DNA of 64,000 nucleotides from Asterionella formosa (Eukaryota), in NCBI GenBank assembly GCA_002256025.1, contig NKIB01012918.1, positions 1 to 64,000 on the forward strand, read 5' to 3'. The position numbers and the translations under genes are program-made. The notes beneath the pieces are model-generated. The model was given only the letters and a program-made list of their open reading frames with translations, ran no database searches and was not told the origin of the DNA. This document shows positions 24,150 through 36,860 of this stretch, in pieces (the first letter of the stretch is position 1; the number at the start of each line of letters is the position of its first letter).

Positions 24150-26215
24150 TACATGAAGTGACCTTCACGTAAATAAGCCTAGTTGATTTTGAATGGATCA
24201 CATGAATTAGTTGAATACATCGAAATGCTTACTCAAATATATCTATATATTATCTGAAGATATCACGTTAATTATTTGATCAAAGTATCATGCATGCATT
24301 CCTGATTATCACAATAAGTATTTGAATTACTTCACGTAATTCTGCAATGTAGGTCACGTTGCCTTATAATGTAGTTCACGTAATTTTATCATTTGTTCAC
24401 GTTATTTTCTGAATTTCATTCATATAATTTCCTGAAGGTTGTTCGACTATATTAAAAGCGTTATCAAATAATGTTGTTGACTAATTCAACTATTTCACAT
24501 TAAATGGGAAACAAATCTTGATGTCAGCCAAACAAATCAGTTCTTTCAGAATGGAATCTTCAGGCTTGAGAAGGCAGGCAGCATTATGAGACATCTGTAA
24601 GGACATTGCAAGACGAAGAGAAGCCGTTCATTCTGAATGAAAAAAATTTCACTCTTTAACAGGCAGGCATCATTGTGCGAAATTGCAATAGGAATGCATC
24701 ACTCTGGCTTCCTTCTTGTCCTTGAAATGCCTTCTTCATTGACCTGCAAAGATATACATAACAACACTGTGTCAGTAATTCATTTATTAGAAATAGCAAC
24801 AGCAACAGCAACAGCAACAGCAGAAAGCAACACACACATGTGCTATTCAACTGTTTCAAGAAACAGTCAAATTGACAGCATCACACCGGCATTTACCAGG
24901 CAGCACCACAACTCACTGATGCGTTCAAAATAATGCTCCAGTTGTGAAAGGAACGGCTAAAATGTCAATTAAATTTAGAGAACCATAACAGAACCGTGTG
25001 ATTTATCGCTCTCTTCTTTCCTGATGTGATGAGAAAAACTGAAGATTAAGCTTACCTTAAAAACTTCCATCATATCACCTGCTTCTATCACTCCTGCTTT
25101 CCAAAGAACATTCCTTTTCTCTAAATGCCTGTTCAAACGTCAAATGAATGTTCAGAACAGCAGCATATCACTCGCTTGGTAATATGATAGCAAAAATAAC
25201 AAGAAAAATCTTACCTTAACATACATTGCGGACGATCTCAATGTTGCATCATTCCACATTCTGTTGGTGCAACAGACCATATGTGAGCTGATGAAAGATT
25301 TGGTTTTAGTGAGGCAGCTGAAAATCTGGAAGAGGGATGCTAGTTGTAAGGGTCGTCCCCATGTTTAATATATATTGTTCACAGTGGTGTTGAATATTGG
25401 TGTTTCTATGACTTCCAATTTGTACCAACAGAGCCTACAATCTACACGAAAAAATCTGTCGCAGTCTTGCTATTAATTTCGTCGGGACAAATTTCTGAGG
25501 CTACAAGTGTGACTTGAAACAAATATGACAAGAAGAAGAGGACAAAGCCAATTGTTACTCTTAATTGCTCATGCACTGGATGAGCTACCATTAGCCTTCT
25601 ACTAAAATAAAAAATATATGCTTGGATTTTGTATTGAAAACAATCAACTGATGAGTTAACCAATTCACTTGCATGATGAAATTTTAATCTATCGTGTCTT
25701 ACTCAATTCTGTGTGTTTCAGGGTAATGGAATGTATACAACAAAAAGTAATCACATGGAACATGTTGGTTTACTGCTGAGTGATAGCAAGTGAATGATAT
25801 ATGAAAAAAATTGAATTTCAGTTTTTTATTCACAATGTGCATTTCCTTTAGCTTATAGCGGTGATGTAGCTACCTGGTTGCGTCAATTTGGTGCATGAGG
25901 ATGGCGAAAATTCTTTTCGCTGAAACCTTCTTCATTTCTCGGCTGATTCATACCTTCTTGGCATATGTTAGATACTTCAACAGGATACATTGTCCATGCA
26001 TGAAATAAGACACCACAAATATCCTTACTATTTCACAAATGAAGATGCGTGTAGTAAATGAATTAGCCACGAGAGCAGGATCTTAGTTGAACTTTGAAAT
26101 GAATTATTTGAAAGATCAACTAATTCAGTCTTGAGTTCAAATTTCATTGTGAAAACTTCACATGAAACCGTTAAAAGTAACCTTATTTACGGGAAGAGTG
26201 GCATTAATTCATGTC
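24150..26215. mobile_element. Putative non-autonomous DNA element with long imperfect TIRs and sub-terminal TCACGT repeats
   Basis: Left end ACATGAAG..CTTCACGTAAATAAG..TGAATTAGTTGA versus right end TCAACTAATTCA..CTTATTTACGGGAAG..TTCATGT. About six TCACGT boxes lie in 24165-24405. The interior 25150-25565 is homologous to 34790-35262. Confidence 0.45.
24794..24823. repeat. (AGCAAC)n microsatellite
   Basis: About 5 units visible. Confidence 0.85.
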
Positions 26216-28959
26216 AAGTACCAAATAATTAACACTCCTACTATGTAAATGAAATTTCGAAAAGTGGCGTACTATTTCGTGGCATAGATGTGGGTTGCCT
26301 GTACAGCTGTACCATTATGTGTTCTATTAGCAGTCCACAACTAAGTATGGTACTAATACACACTGCCAGTAGGATGTATGAGATTATTAGTTCCGATTTA
26401 AGGTATACCTTGTTTTGAACATGCTCATACAAGGTGTACCTTGATTTGGACCCAATACAAGAAGGTGTGATCCTTTGAATGCATGGGACCCAATAACTCA
26501 TTTGCGAAACCCTGTGGATAATCATTTAAGGTTAATAGTACACCAATATCAATATTACTGTTTTCTTTTACAAACGTATATATTGATTTTACTGTTTTAT
26601 CAAGAAACAAATAAGTTATTGAGTCCTACTAGCTAGAGCTGTAGAGAATTTCTGAAATTTTTTGAATCTTCGGTTGGAAATTGAGCCCAAATATTGTCAT
26701 CATTGCAATTCACCAATCCTTTACCAGTCAATTCGAATCGGAGCTCTCAGAACGATGTTGACAAGAGCATGGTTGAGAAATTGCATAGTACACAAACAAT
26801 ACAATGACCAAACCTTCAACAATTTGGACTACTTACATCATTTTGCACGAAACAACCGGAGCTGACTGTTTCCTTTCTAATCACTCAACAATTTTATTTA
26901 TCCTTATTTTGCATCGAAAGGACCATATTGAAAATGTTGCGATGCCCATTACAAGCAAGGTATGCCTGGCTTTGGAGAATGAAAACCGGTTGAAAACGTA
27001 CCAAAAATTACCAGTACGGCACAGGGTATTGTCGTTTCCTGTTCTGCCAAGCCGTTAGAAAGTTTGGTTGCAATTTGCAACAATACCGGCATACCTGTAC
27101 CGTACCAGGTACAGTACCGGGGTACCAGTACCGGTACCGTAGTTGAAAAGAGGGAGTACTGGTCAGTACCTGTACATAAAAATTGTTCTTTGCCGAAATT
27201 TCAGTACATATCTACAGTATGGTACCAAGGGTACCTGGTACTCTAAGGACCAGGAACTGTTAAACTTACCGGCAAAAGGAAAGGAGAAACAGTCATTGAT
27301 TTGCACGAGGTACCAGGTACCTGGTACCTCCAGTAGTCGACCTTACCAGCAAGAAGGTTATATTACCTGGTACCTGGTAACACCTGGTACAAATGGTACG
27401 AGGTACTCTGAGCAAAACAAAACTACTTGCTGGTACTGACTGTACAGGTTCGATATCTCAGGAGTTGCAGTGAAAGGCAGTTCTTTCTACACATGAGTAA
27501 AACAAAGCTAAAAGTCTCATTTATGGTCGCTTGTGTTACAGCTTGCTCTAGTACTTCAGTGACAGCATACCTACCGTTACATAATTATGTAGGACGTTGT
27601 TTTACGCCTGAGAACAATGCGAAAGCATGCAGGTAGTCTTGGCTGGCGTGAGTCGTTTCGATTGCCCGAAGATACCGGTACGCACTTGAGAACATCCATA
27701 TTTCCGATCGTTTACACTTTCTTTTATATCTCGCTCGTATTTCCACTTTGACATCACTAACTAATCGATGACCACGCACCCAATGGACTACGTCTCCTGC
27801 ATCCATTTTGATTTTTTTCAAGGGCACTTCTGGGAAGAAACCCTATACATAGTACATACCGGTAATCAAGAATTTTTTGAACAGCAAGGTAACGAAATTT
27901 GTGCTTACTTTATTGCTACAGAATATATTAATGTATATACATACTCAGATATATATATAAGCTCGCTTGCTCCTTATGTAGTTTTATTAACTTATTCACA
28001 AAAACGACAGCCGCCACAGTTAGAAACGTACGTAGCAACTGGTATCTGGTACCTGGTAACAGGTATTCTACCGGGACCCCTGGTTTTGCAACGTGCCTCA
28101 TCCGCCATCCTTTACCTAACACGGTACCTGTTACCTGAAGAAACTACCGGTAGTGTATGCACTATGGATATGTTTGTAAATGTTTTACACAGAGAGAAAT
28201 CGAACGCATTTTTATTATTTTATTTATGACTAATAGGCGGATCATTTTGGGATTTGTCGAGTTCATTTCATGAGAGTTGCACAGTTAAAAACAAACAAGT
28301 AAGTTAGCCATGAAACATATTCACCAGTCGGGATTGCGCCGACGAAGCAAGTTGAAGAAAGCTCGCTTCGATTAGACGTTTGTTTCTCGTCCTTTCGTTC
28401 TCGAGCAAAGGTAATGTTTGATTTGATCTGATCTGATCTGATGAAACGATGAAGTATTCATTCCAACCGGATCAAGGTAGCAGATCCGGTAACGTGAAAG
28501 AAAGGATACTGTTTGTCGCTTGGTCAACATATGTCAAATAGTTCCCTGAGTTCCCGGGTAGTTTATACCATAACCTCATGTGGCGATGTGTTGCCTACTT
28601 GCGTGGTTTGGTTTTGTGCATACCGGTAATCGTTTGCAGCGTTCGTTAGTCGATATCCAGTCGTTCGACATGAAACGTGTGATTCTTGAATGGACGGGTG
28701 TGAAGGATTCTGATGCCGAGTGTACCTCCTTACAAAGTGCCTGGGCACACCGTTTACGACTCGAGGCTAGAAAAAAACCCTCACTTTTGGCATGACTGCC
28801 GGTAATTTCTCACCCGTGCTTCTCCTACGCAGTCACAGCACTCTCCCGTTTTTGCGTTTTTTTAAAGTCTGAATCGTGGTACATAAAAAGCAGGCATAAT
28901 TTTCCTCTCTGCAAACTCTTGCGCCCTCAACAATACCTCCCCAAGCACACTACCATACA

Positions 28960-30096
28960 ATGGAATTGAGCTCATCGCGGATACGGCCGTCGCCGTCTAA
29001 ATCTTTGTCTATGGGATTAGGCACCAACACAATTAAGGGATGTAGCTCCACCGAAAGTCTATCAACTTCCGACAACACAGAGAGTCGACCGCTGCGAATT
29101 CCTCCTGTGAGCAAGGGGCGACCATTTTACAGTAAGATGTCGACAGTGCGACGAAGAATTTGGATTACCCTGTACCTCCTTGTCGGGCTGTGGTTTCTCT
29201 GTGTCTACGCAATTCTTGTCAACAGCAATCCAGCAACGATCATACCGGGCACATTGCCAAATTCACCTTCAATACCTCTTCCCCTTCCCAAACAAAAGGT
29301 ATCTGTCATCTTGATGAACTTCTCCCGTCCCTACATGATCCGCGAGTCGAAGTTGATGCGAACATTATTGGATCACCCTTCTGTTGACGAAATTCTGTTG
29401 CTGCACGGAAACCCCAAAACGGCATTTGAGTACATACACCCGAAGGTAGTCAATATTGATGCGACTGTGTCGAACGACGAAATGGGACTCTCGTTACGAT
29501 TTTACTTTTGTCAGCTGGCAAAGAATGATTGGGTCATTCATGTTGATGACGACATGGAATTCCACCCAACCACACTCAATTCATTGCTCGTGGAGTTTGA
29601 CAAGAATACGAAACGTATAGTTGGACGCTTCGGGCGAAACTTACGGTTGGGGAACTTTTTCAATGGTTACTCGTCGAAATCCACGCACAAGACATCAGAA
29701 GTCGTCTTGACGAAGCTAATGGTTATGGAACGAGATTTGTGTGGAGCCTTTTTTGATCATGCGTACCTTGTTTGGGATGACTTGGTTTTATCGTCTGGGG
29801 AAGGACCGCTCTGGAACGGAGAAGACATTTTCATGTCTTTGGTAGCGAATCATGTGTACGGCACTAAGGACAATCAGTCTGTGAATTACGCTATGGACTG
29901 GCTGCCTGTCTGGGAAGCATCGGAGCGCCTTAAGGACTATACCGAGGGTATGTTTGATATTTCTGGAGGAATGAAAGGGTATCGCTTGTGGGATTGGACA
30001 TGGTGGCAATCTGTGGTGAAACGAAATCGGCATTACTCGTTTCGTGGGACATTTTGGCAAACAGCGAAGGAACGGTTGCATAATACGCTACGATAA
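28960..30096 (+). CDS. Glycosyltransferase family 64 (exostosin C-terminal-like), type II membrane protein
   Basis: N-terminal TM segment, then LSLRF, WVIHVDDD (DxD), RIVGRFGR, VVLTK and WNGEDIFMSLV. Confidence 0.85.
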   Translation: MELSSSRIRPSPSKSLSMGLGTNTIKGCSSTESLSTSDNTESRPLRIPPVSKGRPFYSKMSTVRRRIWITLYLLVGLWFLCVYAILVNSNPATIIPGTLPNSPSIPLPLPKQKVSVILMNFSRPYMIRESKLMRTLLDHPSVDEILLLHGNPKTAFEYIHPKVVNIDATVSNDEMGLSLRFYFCQLAKNDWVIHVDDDMEFHPTTLNSLLVEFDKNTKRIVGRFGRNLRLGNFFNGYSSKSTHKTSEVVLTKLMVMERDLCGAFFDHAYLVWDDLVLSSGEGPLWNGEDIFMSLVANHVYGTKDNQSVNYAMDWLPVWEASERLKDYTEGMFDISGGMKGYRLWDWTWWQSVVKRNRHYSFRGTFWQTAKERLHNTLR

Positions 30097-30385
30097 ACTG
30101 AACTTGTGTTCCTTCTGAGGTCACTTTTTCCACGAAAAAAGGGCAAGGAATCAAACCATTTTATCTCTGACCAATCGCTACAACGACTCACTACTAGATC
30201 ATGCGGATCGACAAGAGAAAACGCTTTCTCATTTGCTGTGTTAATTAGTAACAAAAACCATTGACTGACGCTTATAACATTGTGATTGTTGTGGACACCA
30301 TTCCGTGCTTTCTTGAGAATTCTGATCAATCTACCATAATTCTACTAGTTATGCATGACAGCATTCCTTACTTCAAGTACCAACG

Positions 30386-31080
30386 TTATGCGTCTCTGCA
30401 ATAAATGCGTCCATCAGGATCAAGAGTGATACGAAAAGCTTTGGCATCTTTAAAGGCCTCCGCATTCGTTGATGTAGCAGCTAATCCCGCAACAAACCCT
30501 GCTAATCCAGATCGTTTGAGAGGTGGTCCATGTGCCCCGTTTCTCAATCCATACGTAGTACTGCACGTTGGGCAAGCGATGCAAGGAGCATTAGCCCATA
30601 CATCCCTGTCCGTTAACAAGTCCCCCCTCCACAAATCAAACGCGCATCTTGGGCAGTTTCCTTGGATCGCATACAGGTTGTTGTCTACGTTGGCACATGC
30701 CACCCGGACACCGGCACCGAATTCCCAACCTTTGATTGTATCTGCCAAATTTAGTTTTGTGTTCGCATCATATCAGCTGGTTTCAGTTATCAATCCTCGT
30801 TTGTGGCACAATAAGTAAGTCTGACAGTTTTATGTCTGGCTTTTTCCATGATGAACTCACCTGCTGTCGGTATCGATACGCCTGTAATCTCTTGACCCTT
30901 ACCCTCATTCATAAACCTTGGATCTTCGGGGTTCATGTTCTTGGTGCCTCCCTCCAAAGTGCGCCTTAAGTCTCCCTTGCCTCGTCGAGCCATGAGCACA
31001 ATGGAAAATGCTGTTGCGCCAGTACTTCCTGAAACGACGGTGACCAGAACCGCAAGAACGAAGGTAAGTGGCTTCCTCAT
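30386..31080 (-). CDS. Plastid-targeted Rieske-fold protein with CPRC...CPTC; 2 exons (31080-30861, 30741-30386)
   Basis: Signal peptide and ATA|FS bipartite motif, with Rieske-like LYAIQGNCPRC..IACPTCSTTYGLRNG..FRITLDPDGRIY. A 119-nt intron joins the exons in frame. Confidence 0.8.
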
Positions 31081-31989
31081 TGTGCGCTGTTGGAGTCAAT
31101 ATGAGTGATGAGCTTCTAGGCAGGGGAACAGTCGAGTTGCCTGCCTGATTGAGACAAAAGGCGTTCTTGACTGCACTATTAAATGGTCTATTTCTGATTG
31201 TTATTGTCGATTACCGGTAACAAACCGTGCCCCGCTACTTTGCTCAGTGTCTTTGACACCCCCTCCCAACTTGGTTGCTGGACGACCCCGCCCGTGCATT
31301 TATCTCGAGGTGGCACCAAACACCCATTAATTTTCTAGACATGACAAAGTAACCCACGTGCAATGACATCACATGGAGCAGTCCTCGTGACGGATGGAAA
31401 TTTTGCTCCAGTATAGTCGTGTTATTATTCCTTCCCAAAGTGTAGGAAGCTGGCCATCCACCAAGCTAGCCAGGCAGTAGGTAGAGTGCCTGGTAACAAG
31501 TACTGCAATTGCGGCCAATTCTTGGTAAACTAGGTGTAACAACTAGCTTTATAGTTGAAAGGGGCTTTTCACAAGAAGTATGGTTTTGCTAAAATTATGT
31601 TATAATTTGTTATTTTCCATTATGTTTGCAAGAACGATGCTGGAAGTCATCAAGCCTACTGCGACCCCTGTAGCTTTCCACTTAAGGTAGCCAGATAAGC
31701 CATTAAAGTGCTGGTAGATCCATCATGAATCTTCCTTTGAAGTGCAAGTAGATTCAGTATGATTGTCCTGTAGATGCATTTATTAGCTACATGCAGATTC
31801 ATGAACTCATGCTATGTAGTATGGATTAACATAGTATACATCACCACTTTCAAGTCTCCTCTTGTCATTCGATGCAATAAACAGTTATCATTTAATACGC
31901 ATGGGTATATAGATCACCTTAATGACCACCTCAACACAAGTGATGATCAACAAACCATCATCATTTAAACCTAAACAGAAAGTGCTTGG

Positions 31990-32465
31990 GGCATCATGCT
32001 TGCTGTTAGCAACCTTGAACCAATTCACGATTGCTGTCGAAGGACTTACAAGGCAGCCCTTTTGTCATGTAATCAGCACGCTGTAGTTTCTTGGTGTCTC
32101 AATACTGTCACATCACCATTATTAATGTGAGACCAAAAGAAATGCCATTTCACAAGAAAGCACTTTGTGTGATATGTGATCTTCTGGTTGTTTGCAAGTA
32201 GCAAGGCGCCATTACTATCTTCGAAGACTCAAGCATGTATGCTGGATTGGAGTTGAGAGGAAAGCTCCAAAACGTTAGCCAGTTCAATCAAGAGAGTGCG
32301 AATTGGCAACAATGTCCTCATGCTGTGGCTGAGTGCAGAATACTCAGCCTCAAGGGTCGAAAAGGATATTTCAGTTTGCAGCTAGGTGTCCAGATCAAAG
32401 GACAGGTCCCAAGCATGATGATGTAGCCTGTCCTTGACTGCACACTCTTCGGATCTCCAGCTGGT
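31990..32465 (-). mobile_element. Ty1/copia RNase H relic
   Basis: DPKSVQSRTGYII..CPLIW..STLEAEYSALSHSMR..VFEDSNGALLLA..KWHFFWSH. Confidence 0.85.
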
Positions 32466-32467
32466 TC

Positions 32468-32632
32468 GCATCTACAAATAAAAAGTACCATGCATATAGG
32501 ATCAAGGGTATCGTATGCTAAGTGGCACAGGATTTCATGTATTTGATAGTTTTTTGGATCAAAACTATGATCAATGTATCCTGTTACTATTATGATTTAT
32601 TAATATTTTACGGAACTTGAGGTGTGGTGATA
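32468..32632 (-). repeat. Dispersed internal repeat motif, inverted copy of 54400-54570
   Basis: The catgcatataggatcaagggtatc.ta.gctaagtgg ... tatgatcaatgtatc sequence is shared. Confidence 0.85.
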
Positions 32633-33675
32633 ATAAGAACATTATCATCACACAATGTATATCAACTGATCAACAACATTTGTTATCAATATCATAAACC
32701 TTCTCATTTTATTATATTTTCTCGTGATCACCAAGTATAAATTGTTACTACAACGCATCCTAAAATCAGCTAAACTCTATGCTATCATGTGAATTTTTTC
32801 ATTGTATATCTATCTTAAAAATGATCATAACTCTCATCACATGCATTGCTCAAAATAGATTGAAATGGATTGTAATTTAACTATGAAATTTAGCAATGCT
32901 ATCTATGATGATTCTACAGGCCAGCTACCCAATGTTTCTCTCTCCACTCGTCTAAATGTATATTGTTCCTGTCTTACCCTTTTCTTCCTCTGCTATTCTG
33001 AATCTTGTGCCATGCAATGCCTAATATCTAGTCTCTTTTCCTGTTGTTAGTGACACTCTGAGCTCGCCGACTATTCCGTTGTTTGATTGGTTTTATTGTC
33101 CTATGCAGTTACAGTAACAATGGGAAGGGATGACTTGTTAGCTAGTCATGTTACACTGCTGAGCGACACAACACCGCGCAATTCCATCGTATCCTCTTGC
33201 TTCACTTACCACAAATCAACGCAACTGATGCATATGTCTGTAATAGTAAATTGTCAGTAAATTCTTGAATAAGTAAGTATCAGGTATCCAATGTTGTCGA
33301 ATAAAACTTACCGATTCATTTTCGTTAGCTTAACTTTGAAACGAAGGAAAACGTGTGCGTCAGTTAGTTATGTTCCAATAGTAGTGAATAGGTCCAATGA
33401 CAAGAGCACTTACCAATTTTGTTTTGTTTTACATTGCTTGGTGCTCCCCAACAAGCGAAGTGAGCTATTGAATCAACTGAGAAGAAAGGAAATGTTTGTT
33501 TAGTTTACTTTTTGATGTTGTCCTCCCAACAATTGTCATCCACATACCACATTCATGGCTTCATTACCTTAAACATACTCCATCCTTCGAAGGCGCAATA
33601 TGTCGAAGCCACAATGTTTTTCGTCATTACATAAACATTCTTTTGTCAAATGTTACTAGCTATGTACGCACATTC

Positions 33676-34165
33676 TAAGCAGGTTTGAGGCAACAGACAG
33701 TTCCAACGAGCGAATGACGATATGGGTACTACCAATTTTTCCACTGGCAAACCAAAATGATAATGATGAAGGACACTCTTACCTCTATTGATGATGACAC
33801 GGATACCCGGTTTTCGAGGAGCAAACAACAATGAAGAGAGCCACTTGTCCCTCTATTTATAGTAACAAAGATGCAGACAAGTTCAACAGTGAATACAAGA
33901 ACAACATCCCAATGAAAACAAGTCTACAGTGTGCGTATACTTACGCTAAGCAGGTTTGAGGCAACCAACAGTTCCAAAGAGCGAATGATGATATGGGTGC
34001 CAATTTTTCCAGCAGCAAACCACAATGATAATGATGAATGACAATCGTCTCTCTATTGATGATGATATGGATACCGGGTTTTCCAGGAGCAAACAACAAT
34101 GATGAGAGCCACTTGTCCCTCGATTGATGGTAACAAAGATGCAGACAAGTTCAGCAGTGAATATC
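33676..34165. repeat. Diverged ~220-bp direct duplication (33676-33896 and 33946-34165)
   Basis: Both copies start ctaagcaggtttgaggcaac and end gtaacaaagatgcagacaagttca.cagtgaata. Confidence 0.9.
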
Positions 34166-34650
34166 CAGTGTGACCGGTGAGGGTTTGCAAGACCTTGCAA
34201 ATCCGGCCAAACAAATATCGGTAAGTAGCTAATTGAACTTGACCAATAAAAATATTTATAGTGAAGCGGGCACTTACAATGGAATTTTTTGTTCAGGCAA
34301 TTGTAGGAAGAAAATTGGAATCACAAGACTCTTATTCCGATGATGACGTTTCGGCGATTAGTGATTCTGATTCTAACAGTCTTGAGACCGTTGAAAAGGC
34401 CAATATTGTCGAATTTTGGGACAACGACAGCTTAACGTTGGCAGGGTTTAGGAAGAGTTAAGGACATAGGTATGACTGTTTCTAAGCATATGGAAAGGGT
34501 GTATATTGGTGAAAGCTCTGTTTAGCGATATACATTTATCTTGTAGCCCCTTTAAATGTGAGGCCTGATGCGCATGAACCGAGACCTCAAAGAACGGTTA
34601 CCAGTTAAGTCTGCTGCATGTCAACCCTAAGGCGAAAATTAAAATATTGC

Positions 34651-36020
34651 TTAGGGTTGCCGAAATTCCCTGGAACTAAGAATTTATATGAGCTATTTTG
34701 AACGACATGATTCCATTTGAAATATTCGAATCAGTGGAATTTTGCGTGCTGTATGTACATAGATTCCTTTTCGAATTAAACAAAATGAATGTTGAAAACA
34801 ACAGCATATCAGTATGAGGTATCCCTCGCTTGCTTGGTGATATGATAGCAAAAATAGCAAGCAAATCAATCTTACCTTAAAAGCATCAATTGCTTACGAT
34901 CTCAATGTTGCATCATTCCAGATTCTGTTGTTGCAACAAACAATACTATGTGACGAGCTCTTGGCTGGTGAAGGATTTGTTAATGGTGAGGCGCTGAAAA
35001 GCTAGAAGGGGGTTGCTAGTTTTAAGGGTTGTCCCCAGCATGTTGAAAACATATTGTGCACAGTGGTGTTAAATGTTGTCTTTATGAATTCAGAGTGTCG
35101 AAAATCCTGGCGCAGCCATGACTTCATCTTTGTATCAACAGAACCTACAATCTACACAAAAACCTGGCGCAGTCTTACTTCGTTGGGACAAATTCTGATG
35201 CTACAAGTGTGACCTAAAAATATGACAAGAAGGAGAGGACACAGCCAATGGTTACTCTTAATATGATGATGATCATCTACTGTTACCCATAGTAGATAGT
35301 AGAGTATTGGCCTACCGGTACACCCAGCAAGAAAATGTAACATGAATATCCAATGTGGCCGGTGTGGGTTTGCAATTCCTCACACATTCACATGGAGGTA
35401 AGTATTTCATAATAGCCAATCAGTACATATATAATACTGCACGCACTTACAGTGGAATTTTTGGTACTGGAAATTTTACGACTAAATATTGCATCACAAG
35501 ACTCTGATTCAGATGATGATGTTTCGGCGCTAAGTGATTCTGATTCCGATATTTTGGAGACTGTAGAAAGGCCAATTTTGTCGAATTTTTGGAGATTGAT
35601 ATCTCAATGTTGGCTGGGTCTGAAGGCGATTTAGATACATACTAAGTAACCTTCAAATAGCATCAGTATATAATTTCTGGCAAGAAACTGCAGAAAGGAA
35701 CTTCGGCTTTTTACCATGCCAAATAAAGGGATTTCCCCCGAAATTTCCAGTCTTTATATAGCATGGTAACAAAACCGAAGTTCCTTTCTGCAATTTCTCG
35801 CCAGATCCTATATCCTGACAATATTTAGCGTTGACCTACACCCCTACTTTTGTGAATGACTGTATCTAGTAAGCACATGGAAAGGGTGTATATTGGTGAA
35901 AGCTCCGTTTGGCGATATACATTTATGTTTTACTCGTAATAAGTGTGTGTTTGAGTGCTCTGGCTCACTATTATTTCTTTAACCTTACCTCTAAACTAGG
36001 GTTGAAATGCAGCAACCCTA
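34651..36020. mobile_element. Non-autonomous TIR element (TTAGGGTTGC...GCAACCCTAA), adjacent to a related copy ending at ~34630
   Basis: Inverted ends at 34651 and ~36020. Segment 35445-35927 duplicates 34271-34540, and segment 34790-35262 matches 25150-25565. Confidence 0.55.
35645..35850. mobile_element. Foldback/MITE-like hairpin insertion
   Basis: About 55-bp arms (35676-35730 versus 35750-35805) are near-perfect inverted repeats. The segment is absent from the paralogous copy at ~34470. Confidence 0.75.
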
Positions 36021-36398
36021 ATGTCATTTTTCAGAAATGATAAATTACATACACGGTTTGATATTGAGAGGTATTTCTTGGCATGATAGAGTAGAAAAGA
36101 AACTATTTATTTAGCCATATTTGCCATGCCATTGACCTGGCATCCGAATCCTATCAGGGCTCCACGTGTGGAGAGAAGAAGATTGAGCAAGACTCCTCCG
36201 CCATCCAAAAAAGGGGAGAGTGGTCCCGTAGTCGAAGGCTACGTACAAATTCCTGCCAACCGGTACTCTTGTACTGTGGATTTTACAGACTCATTCGAAT
36301 CATGCCACTGATACAGCCAATGTGAGTACCCTGTTTGCGATGACCTTATTCCACAACAACTCTAATGTCAAAGGCTGTTGGATATGCGAAGTTATTAG

Positions 36399-36860
36399 AT
36401 GTCCTCAAGGTTGGAACAGGCCAATGAACGAATCGTGCGCATTCAGGAGCATCTGAGATGGGGAGTGAGTCGCATTACGGCTATGAGAATATGCCATCAA
36501 GGCAATCACACAACCGCAGAACCGAGAGGACTGTGGCGGACTCGCAGCAAGTTTCGGTTGGAAGAAATGGACAGCACGGACATTGACTTTTACGATTCCA
36601 ACACTACCGGCAAACTATTATTTTCTGTTAACGAATGCAATGGAAGATCAGTTCAAGCATTCCTTGACGAATCTGATCTGCATGGATGGCCCAGCTTTCG
36701 AGACGGAGAAGTCAACTGGGAACATGTGCGTGTACTTCCAATCACTGGCGAAGTTGTGTCTGTAGGTGGAACCCATCTAGGTCATTGCCAGCCAGATAGA
36801 CACGGAAACCGCTTCTGCATCAACCTTTGCTCTATCTCTGGATGGCCAACAGTATCGTGA
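36399..36860 (+). CDS. MsrB/SelR (peptide methionine-R-sulfoxide reductase)-like protein; upstream exons from ATG 36126 possible
   Basis: GKLLF, HGWPSF, GEVVS..GTHLGH and RFCIN catalytic motif. Confidence 0.75.
   Translation: MSSRLEQANERIVRIQEHLRWGVSRITAMRICHQGNHTTAEPRGLWRTRSKFRLEEMDSTDIDFYDSNTTGKLLFSVNECNGRSVQAFLDESDLHGWPSFRDGEVNWEHVRVLPITGEVVSVGGTHLGHCQPDRHGNRFCINLCSISGWPTVS

Noticed and set aside
27064..28229. Plus-strand ORFs rich in VPGT/YQVP/WY
   Set aside because: They are translation artefacts of the GGTACC-type low-complexity clusters
36126..36330. Selenocysteine read-through of the TGA upstream of the MsrB-like exon
   Set aside because: Read-through would be out of phase with the downstream exon, the catalytic residue is an ordinary Cys, and no SECIS was recognised
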